Assembly: GCA_008632985.1 (NCBI GenBank)
Contig: QPGO01000001.1
Location: forward strand, 240,600-304,599
Length of the DNA stretch: 64,000 bases
Origin: Psammoneis japonica
Lineage: Eukaryota
Direction of reading: 5' to 3'
The notes beneath the pieces were generated by a model. It did not search any database and was not told the DNA's origin. It saw only the letters and a list, made by a program, of their open reading frames with translations. Shown one piece after another: positions 11,329 to 22,980 of the stretch. Every line of letters starts with the position of its first letter. Positions within the stretch are counted from its first letter, which is position 1. The translations under genes and the position numbers were made by a program.

Positions 11329-13663
11329 TCAGGCATACTCGTCATCCATCCAAGAAATGAGATCCTCAAAAGGGTCTTTCTGGCCGTTGCTGCAGCTGTC
11401 TTGACGCATAATCAATTTCGTGTCCTCGTTTGGCGACTCGATACTATGTTGCTCCTGGTCTTCTACTCCCGTTTCAGAAACCTCGGATCGAACCGAGCTT
11501 TCCGTCAATTCCGTTTCGATTACAGAAACCGAAAAGTCCAACTTGTCTTGTTTTGTATAGGTCATGTCTGGGTTTGTATTGTTGACCTGGTCGGGTGTGC
11601 CACGATCCACCATGCAGTACAGGCTCCGACCACAATATACGAGTCCACCTTGTGATTTGCATTTGCAAAGAATACCATCCGCATCCTCTGCAGTGAGAAA
11701 TTGGACGTGCGCGCCATACGCAAGCGACCCTTTGAACCACGTTTCCTTGAACTCAATATGTTGCGCATGGTAATCGAGAGTCTCGAGGAAATGAGCCAAT
11801 TGTGTTGCCGTGGCGGATCGGGGGACATTGTTCATGTAAACGCACTTGCTTGTCGTCGGGCTCTTGGCAGTAGGTGATCCTGATGGAGACTGTACTTCTG
11901 ATTCCATCTCGAGTGCACACGTCTCTCCTTGGGGAAGCAGCCGAAAGTAATATTCGGGCGAAATTCTACCGCCCATGGTGCCTGGTTGGTCTAGAGCCAC
12001 CGCCACATACACAGTATCACTGCTGTCGAGCTTGCGTCTGCCCATTTCTACAAATCCAGCTTGGATCGAAGCTCGGCGTGCCTCTTTGTATCGGATATTG
12101 ATATCTTCCTTTGTGGTGGCTTGCAAATACAATGACGATAGTTGTCGTCGAAAATGATCTCCAACCGATCCAGCCGCCACCCATCTACTGTGATTCGAGC
12201 CTGCTTGGCCGGCAGTAGCCCGAGTTCCAGCCAAGTATGCAGCATAGCAAAACTTTTGTGCATCACCCGAACTATCATCGTTCAGAGCATTCTTGTCGTT
12301 CTCCTTTGACATGGGCGACGACGACAATACGCCAACCTTGTTGTTTTCGTAACAATTCCTCTCGTTATTGCCTCTGTAGTGCGCAAACGGATTTGGTTTG
12401 GTATTGACCATGGCTCCAATATACTTTCCCCGGTAACAAATTCCACCACCACCCGCACCCCTATTGGCGGCAAACAGCACCTTGTTGGCATGCATTTCAT
12501 CCACAAATTCCACGTGTGCATTGCAGGCATAGCTACTGCACGTGTCCATTCGTGCACGACGCACCGTCACGTGCAAGGTTGTTTCGAGCGTTTCCACAAA
12601 GTCTCGAACATTTGAGTTGCCGGGTATACGAGGCAAAAAGAGTGTTGTTCGACTTTTTGTTGGAGAAGAGTACGTCTTGGTGCTGTTGGGTGAGGAGGTG
12701 TGTTATCGGAACGTTGCGGGCTTGTGTTGTTCAACAGTTGTTGACCCTTGGGGAGCATCGTATATAGACTTCATTGGACAAGCGAAGGCTTGGATTGTTG
12801 GTGGCGGATGTAATTTCCCGTTTCCCACTATTGTTCAGTATACGGCGTCCAGTTTCAATAAAGCCACTAGATTCGGCCTCTTGTCGAACTTTGCGTGCCT
12901 CCTCCTTGATGACGGCTGGAGAAACACCCGACCTTCTCAATTCTTGTTGAATGAATAGTGCGATTCCTCCCAAATCAGCCCAATCATCATTGGAGGATTC
13001 CGCGGCAGCGCGTTCGACGGACCTGCAAATAAACAACACGATTGCATCGTTGCCGCTTGTAGGACTAGTGCGTATGGACGGTGATCCCAATGCTGCTGCT
13101 GCTGTTCATGGTCTTGATCTTGGAGAGGGGCGACGCATGGGTGCCATTGGTACTTGCAGTCTTGTTGGCATTCGTCAACACGTCATCTTCAAGAGACATG
13201 GCAATATCCGCCGTATCCACCAATACTGATGCCACGGTACAGTCTCGTCCCACCATGACAATCGTCATGATGCCTCGATCCCGCAGTTTACTGAGCGTAT
13301 ACGCATAATCCCCATCCCCCGTCAAGAGCACAACACAGGGCTTTTTATTGTCATTGCGTACCGCCGAATCCCACGCAAAGGTCAAGACATCGGCAATCAT
13401 CTTTTTATCCAGCGTTTCCTTGTTGTTACGGGTCGGTGTGTTGACCAAATCAAAGCCACTGGAATCTAAAAAACTGCTACGGGTAGGCGGTATTGCTTTT
13501 TCAAATCATAATACAAGCGCCGATCGACAATACGACCATAATGAACGACGGCATCGACAATGGCCTTGGCAGCTTGTGTAGCATTGCACCAGTCGGGGAG
13601 GGGTACGTTTTCGTAATCCCAAAAAATGGCAATTTCGCGTTGTTGTTGTTGTTGTTCTGACAT
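11329..13663 (-). CDS. NYN-domain (limkain-b1/MARF1-like) ribonuclease with two RRM-like domains; frame-broken (assembly indels or young pseudogene)
   Basis: IAIFWDYENVPLP, KETLDKKMIAD and VVLLTGDGDYAYTLSKLRDRG are NYN catalytic motifs. LFLPRIP..AHVEFVD and VYMNNVP..AHVQFLT are RRM-like. The frame shifts near 13485, 13100, 12760 and 12700 without intron-sized gaps. Confidence 0.8.
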
Positions 13664-14299
13664 TGTATTGGTATGCTTGTTTCGTATGGATAGCAATTAT
13701 TGAATAAGAATAAGTAGCTCTAGCAGTCTGGTGATCTTGATTACAGCTCTTCAGACCAACTTATGGTGCAATCAAGAGAGCAACGTACAGAGTTTTTCGC
13801 AGTAAAGTTCAGAAATATAGAACAAGCTCTTGGTGTGAACTCGTGTCTCTGTCTACTGCTGTTCTTGCTGTCGATATGCTCAATGTTTGGTTCACTGGGT
13901 CTCTTGAATTACATTAGAGAGTTTACACGAGGACAAACGTAACGTGAGATACGCGTATTTCGGAAGGTATGATGCTCCTCGCCACGATTCTTCTTGCAGA
14001 GAGAGTTGCTCCGCACACGCTGAAACAACAAGTCTTCCCCTACATGCGCTCTCTCCAGATGCTTTCTTTGCTCACACACGTACCTGATAAGGTGTTACCC
14101 GTCTTTTAGCGTTGCTGATGGTTCAAGCCACCACAATGCAAATAGCAACCTGAAGAGTGTGAACAACGGAGGATCAGCCCACCGCCATTTTTGTGATCTC
14201 TCTCGAAGCGCGCGCTTTGTGGTGTTACGTAGAAATCGGTATTGATTCTACACAAGTAAAAAGCTACGTCATTGCTTAGTAGTAGATCGATCTTTTTCG

Positions 14300-16590
14300 C
14301 GAAAAGGGCATTGTGCTTTTCAATCTTAATTTTATCTCGGCAAATAGGGCATTGTGCTTTCCAATGACCCAGCACATGCATAAAAATGGCTGGGTTGCAG
14401 CCTGTGGCGTTCTTCAAACAATGATGATGGAGGCCATCGGCATGGATCCATTGGAGATTGTGCATTTTCATCTTCCATTCCAGTGGCCTTGATCTCCACA
14501 AACAATGATCTCTTGTGAGCAAAACAGCCGCCAGGGGATCTCTCCCCCCCCAAATGAGAGGCGCTTCTGCTGACCTGCTGACACGCTGCTGGCTGGAGTG
14601 TGCAAAGGCCAAAGTTCCACATGATGGCTCTGCACATGTGTTGCCACCTTGTTCTCTCCCCACAGCTCTCAAGCAAGTTTCTGAGTGTGTTTGGCACTGT
14701 TGTGACAGAGACCACAAAAGGTGTGTGTCAGATGTGGCAGAGGTGGAGGAAGGCAGGCATGTTGCAGCAAAGCTTGTTCCTGCCAGTGAGTTTTTGCTCT
14801 CCTTTCCACCCCAAAAGAAAAAAATGGCACATTGGGGCAGCTGCTCCTTTTTTCCATCATGTGGCTGATTTTTTCCCATTTGAAGATTCCCCAAAACAAA
14901 ACCAGAGCAACAACAAGGAGGGGGGAAATTGCCTTGTGTGTGACAATTTGAGGAAATCAGACAAATGATGCACCAAGGTTGCATGCAGAAGGTGTGGTCC
15001 AGTGTGGCTGGCGTGCCCTCTGCTGTGTTTCATCTGCAATCTGCACAGAAAAGTTTGTGCACACACACGGATTTGATGTGGAGAGTTGTGACCCCTGGAG
15101 CACCACACTGTCTCTCTGAATGCCTTGAGAGTCTCCACACACATGGCAACCCGGGTGTGCAAAGTGGGGTGTGTGTGGTTGGTGCATGCTGGACTCACAG
15201 TGGAGAGTGGTTCTTCTTCAGGGGAGAGGAACAAAAAAGAGTGGAGGATTGCAGCAATTGCAAAGTGACTCAGCTCAGGCAGATGTGCTTTCATCCCCAT
15301 GAGCAATCCAGCCATTCCATTCCACCAACTGCTGCCAGCCAGGCTGCAGCACTTGTGGCAAAAAGATGTGTGCGGTTTCTTTGATGATGCAGAATGGACA
15401 CTTTGCAATGGACCAGGAAGGCAAGCATGCCATGTGCACGAGGGTGTTTAGTGTGAACAACAGCACAGCAGGTCAACAAGCACAGTCAGCTGCAGCACAA
15501 AAGAGCCTGAAAGCAGCAGCAGAACAGACACGTGCCAACATTTTGTGAGTGTGATGCACCTCTTGCTTGGCAATCCAAGCACTTGAAATTGTTCTGCAAA
15601 TGACAAGACCAGCTTTCTCATTGATGAACAATGTGACAACTCTGTTTGGATTGGTGGTTCAACTGGGCAAAATTTGGGCCAGCAGCCATGCTGCATCATC
15701 TCTCCAGGAGCTGTGTTTCCTGGCGGCCTGCAAAAAGTGCAAGCCCCACTGAGTGAGTTTGCAAACCAACAGCTGGCAATTTTCTCACCTGAGCTTGCCT
15801 CCTTGACTTGGCATCACTGGCAAAGCACCTCAGATGCACTCAAATCTGCCCAAGTGGCAAGAAACAGAGGGGTGCAACCATGTGGGCATCTCAGTGACAA
15901 CACTCAGAGCTGCAGTTCCTTGCCAAAAATGAGACCCCAGATGGCACTCACCTTGAATCTCAAAGCTTTGGCCCAATCACAAATTGAAGATGCCAACAAA
16001 CAACACCAAGGTGTCACATGGGCTGACAACCTGTGCTGTGACCAGAGACAGCACACAGTCTGTGTGAGTGACGAGCACGCTTCTTGCAAAAAATGCGAAC
16101 AACATTCACCAGCTTCGGCTGATGAAAGATCAATTGAGCCTCAATGCCACTGAACAAAGACAAACACCACGCGACATGCCAGCTGGGACATCAAAACAGA
16201 GCAGACAGAGAACAAATGTGAGTGAAAGCACCAACGGAAACAATGCAAGCAACAAAGCTCTCTTTCATTGCCATTGAGAGCATGCTGAAACACGGGAGAG
16301 TTGTGAAAATTGGCAGAATCGATGACAATGGGCACCGCCATTGTCGGGTGCATCCTCGTGCTTCACCACGTGTTGTTGGTGGTGGTCGGAGGGAGGAGTC
16401 GGAAAGCAGCAAGACTTTGTGCTGTAATTTTCTATGTGGCCTGGCACAAGCGAGCCAACGAAAGGAAATTTTCCTCTTCAGGGCGATCGAAGGTGCTTTG
16501 TGCGCGAAAAGTGACAAGTGTTCAGCAATTTGCAGTGTTCGCAGAAATTGAACATCACAATTCTGGCATGATGCCATGCAGTGTGACACC
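14300..16590. repeat. Hypermutated repeat/TE remnant with possible RING-finger fragments on the minus strand
   Basis: TA-depleted sequence with fragments such as CIICL and HHHCL...CPICRDKI. No intact ORF. Confidence 0.3.
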
Positions 16591-16805
16591 TTAAGTCCAT
16601 GCAGACATCAACTTCCCACAACGTAGAATCGCACAGACATGTTGGTGGGGTGCAAATGAAAAGTAGAGTTCTTCTCTTCTCGTTCTGAGCAGTTTGTGAA
16701 AAAGAGTTCTTCTTTTACGGGGGGCTTGCTTCGGTGCCCACCGTCACACTCAACAAAACAGGTGTCATAAAACGATTGGTCAGTTGGGAAAAACAGCTCG
16801 TCACG

Positions 16806-19067
16806 ATGAAGTTCTCCAGTGAAGGAGTTTTTTGCCTTCTTGCAGTTGCTTTTAGCCAAGCGGCAGGCAAGCAGAGCTTGGTGCCTCTCATTGTGGATGT
16901 TGTGTAACAAGGACAACTTTTGCTCACTTCTTTTGTGTGTTCCATGCTTTTCTCGCAAGCGTTTGACATCAAAACTAAAAAAAGAGCAAAGGGCACTCTA
17001 CAATTTTGATGCAAGCAACAGGAGAGCAATTGAAGTTTTGTCTGAACAATTCCTTTGCTTGGACTAATCAACATGATTCGTCACCCATTTTGCTGCATGA
17101 CAGAAATGTGAGAATGCAAGTGGTCAACTCAAATCGGCAGGGGATTGCGCAGTTCTGATTCTTTCAACAAAAAACAAGAAGAAAGTGCTCCTGTCTGCCA
17201 CCAGCCCGCAGGATGGCATCTATGGTGATGTGTGCATGGCTGCGGGTGGATCTCTTGAGAGGTCCGGAAAAGCTGTTGTCTTTGGCGGTGCTCTCTTTGA
17301 ACCCGGCGCAACTGCTCCAAACGACATTGCAGACTTCAAAACAGGTGCAGTTGACCAAACTGTTGATCTGTCAGACAAGGCCAATGATGCGATGGAGGCT
17401 TCAACATTCTTTGAAGATCAGAACTGCGACTTGACTGTTGCTTCCCTTGACTCAGAGATCAATCTTTCAATTTGCGGCGAAAGAGACGTTTGTGTCTGCA
17501 TCAATGGCGCACTTCAAATCACTTCGGACGTTGCCATTGTCGGTGGGGACAAGACCAGGGCGGTTTTCAACATTGAAGATGGTCCAGTCACCAACAGTGC
17601 AAAAGTCTTGGGCAAAGGTTTCATTGTGCCAAAAAACATCATCTGGAATGTCCTGGGTGGGCCAGTGAGCTTGACAAGCAGTGTCCTCGATGGATCAATC
17701 CCAGCCATTGAGAGCAAGGTGGACATGGTGAAATCCGAGGTTGACGGTCAAGTTGTCTCTGGCTTGTCAATCCGCATCTTCAACGGATCTGCCGTGAACT
17801 GCAATGAGAGGCCAGAGTCACCCCCGACTCCAGCTCCTGCCAAACCCCCGACAAAGTTTGGCGCGTGCTGCCTTTCGGGCAAAAGATGTGCAAAAATCCA
17901 AGAAGGACGTTGCATCAGGAAGAAGGGCAAGCACCAAGGAGACGACACCAGCTGTGACATGCAGGACATTGAATGCCCACGCGTTGGAGCCTGTTGCTTG
18001 CCAAGTGCCAGAGAGTGCATCCTTGCAAAAAAGAGCAAATGTAGGATGCAGGGAGGAGGCAAGATCCGCCTTGGAAAGAAGTGCAAGGACGTGACTTGCC
18101 CTGAAGCACTGACTCTGTCGCCAACTCAAACGCAAAAACACTGCCTCCAAAGGAGACTCCACCACCGATGGAGACTCCGTCACCTGCTTCAAAGCAGGCG
18201 CCAACCCCGGATGAAAGTCCGTCGCCGACTTCAAAGCCAACACAACCCCCGACTTCAACACCGACACTGTTCCCGACTTCAAAGCCAACACTGCCTTCGA
18301 CTTCAAAGCAGACACAACCCCCGACTTCAAAGCCGACACTGTTCCCGACTTCAAAACCAACACTGTTCCCAGCTTCAAAACCAACACTTTTCCTGACTTC
18401 CAAGCCGACACTGTTCCCGACTTCAAAACCGACACTGTCCCCGACTTCAGAGCCGACAACCCCCCCCGAAGAAGACTCCGGAGCCGAATCCAAAGAAAAC
18501 AAGGCCCCCGATTCCAAATCCGATGCTGCCCTTTAAGAAGACTCCCAAGCCTGCTCTCCCTGCAAAGAAGACTCTGGCGCGACTCCAAAGAAAACAAGGC
18601 CCCCGACTGCAAATCCAACGCTGCCCCCCAAGAAGACTCCTGAGACTCTGGTGCCAACTCCAAAGAAAACAACGCCACAGACTAAAAAGCCGACGTCACC
18701 CCCTGAGAAGACGCCTGCTTCACCCCCCAAGAAAACTTCGAAGCCGAAGCCAGCTGCTGGTGCTTGCTGCATCTTGAGGCATGGAAGGTGCCGCGATCGC
18801 ATTGCCAGTTCAAGGTGCCAAGGTGGCGGTCACAAATGGGGTGGTGCAGGAAGCTCATGTGGCGACAATGGATTCTGTCCCAAACCGACTCTTGAACCAC
18901 GAACTCCACGCAAGAGCAATGGTGGCAATGAAAGCAGGAGTTCGGGATCTAACTCTGGGTCAGGCAGCAAGAGCAAGGAAAAGAGCAAGGAAAAGAGCAA
19001 GGAAAAAAGCAAGACTTCTGGGTCGGTTTCAGGTTCGGCTTCTTGTCAAGAGAAAATCAACAAGTGA
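16806..19067 (+). pseudogene. Hypermutated pseudogene of the secreted adhesin-like family (closest to 48516-50459)
   Basis: Colinear with 48516-50459 including upstream sequence and introns. It shows Y->C/H substitutions, both donors read GCAAG (16867, 17011), and there are frameshifts from about 18130 onward. Confidence 0.9.
18220..18465 (+). repeat. 24-bp coding tandem repeat (PTSKPTLF units)
   Basis: Repeated CCGACTTCAAA(A/G)CC(A/G)ACACTGTTC. The homologous shorter array is at about 50040-50140. Confidence 0.85.
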
Positions 19068-19192
19068 GAACCCCAGTCAGAGACGAATCACGCGGATTTA
19101 ATGCTGCAGCCTGACCATTCACTCCAAAATGGATGTGATGAAATGAGCATCAAAGGGAGGCCTGCCAAACTGTTGTGCGGCAATTTGCACAC

Positions 19193-19650
19193 TCAATCAT
19201 GCCAAACTGCGACAAATGCTTGTTCCCATGCTGTTGTTGAATGGAAGTAAAACTCATGACACAGGCGACCCTTTGAACAAAGCATCCTTGAACTCAAGGC
19301 TTGCGCTTGGTTGTCGAGAAATTTGAGGAAACGGGCCAATTGTGTTCCATCTCGTGGCGGATCGGGGGGAAGCGATTGTTCATGAAGAAGCAGAACTTGC
19401 TTGTTGAAGTCATCAGTCCCGCCTGCGTCAAGCACTCGGCACTCACCGAGGTTGCGTCTTGCTTCACCGCAGCAAAAATGCCTGCCAATGAGACGATTGT
19501 GCACCGACGCCAACAACTTTTGCCAGAAGCCACATCCGCTGCATGCAATGGGCATTTGGTCTTTGTCTGCATGCAAAAAGTCTACATTGTGCAATGCATG
19601 AAACCAATTCGATGAAATGGCATCAAAAAATGACTCACGACACACAAAAA
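19193..19650 (-). pseudogene. Decayed ORF of unknown function convergent with the family gene
   Basis: Its C-terminus FYFHSTTAWEQAFVAVWHD* matches the relic FCFHSRTSWEQAFVRAMKEGYD* at about 50623-50700. Confidence 0.4.
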
Positions 19651-22509
19651 ACACTCGATGGTGACACGACGAAGCAGCAGAGCACGGTCTCTTGTGTTGG
19701 GCATTGTGCCAGTGCTTCTGATTGGAACATTCAAAATGGCTCTGGGGTGTTTGCAAAGATGTCATGACACACAAGTGAACAGCAAATTGAAAAAAGCATC
19801 CCCCCAATTTGGAAATCGCACCACCTGAGGCAGACAAATGGCACACTTCTAAAATCCTTGCATGCTTCTCTCCAGAGCATCAAACGGCATTTTCTCAAGT
19901 CCAGCTGCCAGAGTTGCCAGCTGTGCACTGCACTGCTGCTCTTGCAACTTGTTGCCACACTCCCACTTGAACAACACCTTCTTGCTCCACATCTTCTCAA
20001 GCAATGAAACTCTTCTTGTTGTTCATTGTTTGTTTGTTGTTTTGGTTTTTGAGGAGTTGAGCAACTGCTTGCTTGTTCGTCCATGTTGTCTCTCTGCCAC
20101 AAGGCTGAATTGCCAACAGTTTGAAAATTTCTTTTGCCAAAATGTGGGTTGCTGGCTGTTTCACAAAAGAGCTGCTTTCCATCAAGAGACAGCACAGATG
20201 CACAATTTTTCCCATCAATGCTGTTTTGATTTAAACAGAAGCAAGTGTGGGGCATGTTGCAGTGCCATTGTCATTGTTTGTCCTTTGGGGTGTCACCTGG
20301 CTCAAAATCCTCTGTGTGAGTGACAAAGATGAGTGTGACAAAGAAAATGAGTGGGTGACAATGAAAGACAAGCAAAGCACAATTCAGATGCAATGGGAAG
20401 CAAAGGTTGGTGTCAAATTGTGGAGCCAGCATTGCAGCATCTGTTTTTTCATCTTGCAAGTGGACGATTGCTTTCAAACAAGCAACACACCTTGAAGCCA
20501 GCATGCAATGGCAATGAAGACTGGGGTGGTGTGTGGCATTGTTGTGGTTGAAACGACTGGAGACACTCTAAAAAGCTGCTTTGATTCTCATGATGGGTGG
20601 TGTTTTGAGGGATTGCACACACACACACATGACTGACTGAGTTCTCAATTTCATGCAGCTGCATGCTTGCCTCAGCCATCAACCCTGCTCATTTTTTACA
20701 AACTTGAATTTGTGCAGAGTTTGTTCCAGGTGATGACCTTGTAGTGTGATGCTGTTTGCCAGCCCCAATGAAATCTTTCTTAGATGCAAAACATTGTCAT
20801 GCCTGCTGGTTGGGGTGGACAAGGTTGGGTTTGTGCATTTTGTGCAAAACATGCATGTTTCTGTGAGAGTGCACAGAACTCCGTGGGAGGACCACACAAA
20901 CTGCATCATTGCAATTGAGCTTCTGCCCATTTCTGTCGTGATGCTCAGCTTGGGTGGAATTTCCATGTGCCTCTTTGTGCCAAGCATTGATGTTGTCCTT
21001 TGCAGTGGCTTGCAAACATGATGAAAATTGGTGGCTTCCAAAATGCTCTCCAGCCCATCCAGCCAGCAACACCCACCTGTCATTCAAGAATGCTTTGGCA
21101 GCAGCTGCCCAAGTGCCAGCCAATCATGCAGCACAACAAAATTGTTGTGCATCAGCCAAACCATTGTTGTTTAGACAAGCACTCTTGTCTTGGCTCTTCT
21201 TTGACACAGATGACTGTTGACATTCTCATCAGCCAAACTGCCATTGTTTGGACAAAAAGCACTCTTCTTGCCCCAGTTTTCCTTTGACATGGACGACTGC
21301 AAACATTCTCAGTGCATTTGCAATGAGTTTTCTGAGTTGCATCTGAGGAACCTGCATGAGACAAATGCAAGATGTGCTTCAAACTGCCATGGGCCACTGA
21401 AGTCTGGAACAAGTCACACTGCGCAAGGCAATGTGAGATGCACATTTCAACAGGTGCGCTCCTCACCTTGCAGAAAAAGTTTTCCAACACATTGAAACAA
21501 CAAGGTGTTCCCCTCTGTGTGGCATGCTCACACTGAGTGCTTCACCTGGTCAAAGTTCTCTCTCTTCTCTGGCATCATTGATGGTGGACAAAAAGAGGAT
21601 TGCTGGCACAGAGCCCGCCACACTGCAACTTGGCTCCCGCGGCATTTTTGTGACGTCACCGCTTGTGCCATCCAAGATCATGAAAAGAAGCAGAAAGCCA
21701 AGATGCTGTGCATCTGTTGCATTTGCTCAACCCCCACCTCCAGCAACAGGGCCAAGACTGCAAAAAGTGGCAGCTTTTGCACCAGGCTTGTGAAACTCCC
21801 ACCCTTGCGCCACGCGCTTTCTCCAATGGCTGGGTGCTTCAGTGCTGCTGCGCGCCACCAGCCGGCCAGCAGGAGTGGAGTGAGTTGAGAGCAGCTGTGT
21901 GGAGGCCCAGAGAGCAGCTCTTGTCAGCAGCAGTGGTGGCACTGCACTGTAGACAGAGCGAAAGAGCTGCTCTGCTGGCATCATCTGTCAATCGTGAGTT
22001 TCTGTTCTTCGCACGTCAACTGCGGCAGCACTTGCTTTTCCGCTTCCCTCTTGGATTCGCGAACAGGGCATTGTGCTTTCTACAATTGCATTTTGCGAAT
22101 AGGGCATTGTGCTTCACACTCACAAGAATCATCATACATATCAATCTCTACAATAGCTGTCTATCATGATGTTTCGTTCATTGTTTTCGCTGTTTCCGTT
22201 TGAGACCGTGTCGGCGGCACAATGGTGCCAGGTCGGACAAAAATGTAATAATGGTAAAACTGCATTAATCTAGAAATGCTGATTACCACACTGGTGTCAT
22301 ATTTTTGTGGAGCTTGACCAAATGCATCCGAAGAGGGGAAAAAAGTGCAAAAAGGTGTGCCTTTAAACAAGCGCAACGCTGTGTTTTCTTTTTCTCTCGG
22401 GCCTGCGCCATTGTGTAAGTGCCACTTGTTTGGTTAATGTCATTCCAATAATCTCGACTATTATTGGTTGAATCGAAAGCGACTTTGCAAGAAAAAAAAC
22501 GACTGAGGC

Positions 22510-22980
22510 GACCTGATTGGAGTGAATGTTTTGCTCATGACGATTCTCACACTTTTTCTTTCTTTGTTTGAATCGAAAAATGAAGTCAACTGTCACCTTG
22601 TTGACTATTGTTCCAATCTTGATAAGGCTTGGTTGAGTCGTCGAGTTATGCAAGCCAAAAATAATGCTTGCGCGTCCTGCTTGGATTGACTTTTTTGCTC
22701 GTGACGACTCTCAAACTTTTCTTTCTTTCTTTGAATCGATTTGAAGATGTGCTGTTTCCTCGCTGACTATCGTTCCAATCTCAATCAGGTTTGGTTGAAT
22801 TGAAATCGAGTTAATCAAGAAAAAATAGACTTGTGCATCCTGCTTGGAGTGGTTCTTTTGCTCATGACGACTCCCCCGCTCTTCTTTCTTTGAATCGAAA
22901 AATGGAGCTGTGCTGTCGCCTCGCCGATTTTCGTTCCAATTTCGAACAGGCTTGGTTGAATCGAAATAGAGTTGTGCAGG
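22510..22980. repeat. Three imperfect tandem copies of a ~163-bp unit
   Basis: Units start near 22513, 22677 and 22840, each CTG.TTGGA.TG...TTTGCTC(A/G)TGACGA...TTTGAATCGA...GTTCCAAT...TTGGTTGA. Confidence 0.8.

Noticed and set aside
12700..13490. Programmed frameshifting or tiny introns in the NYN gene
   Set aside because: There are several independent small shifts with no slippery-site or intron signals. Assembly indels or pseudogenisation are simpler explanations.
17748..18678. Long antisense ORFs over family genes (also 32361-33116, 49460-50293, 52968-53528)
   Set aside because: They are shadows of Pro/Thr/Gly-rich sense coding sequence.
14350..22100. Dozens of overlapping Cys/His/Gln-rich ORFs here and at 28.3-31.1 and 34.8-48.1 kb
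   Set aside because: They are artefacts of TAA/TAG loss. There are no coherent domains apart from the TE and paralog remnants listed.
22510..22980. Possible CRISPR-like array
   Set aside because: The units are long imperfect tandem repeats without unique spacers, there are no cas genes, and the context is eukaryotic.
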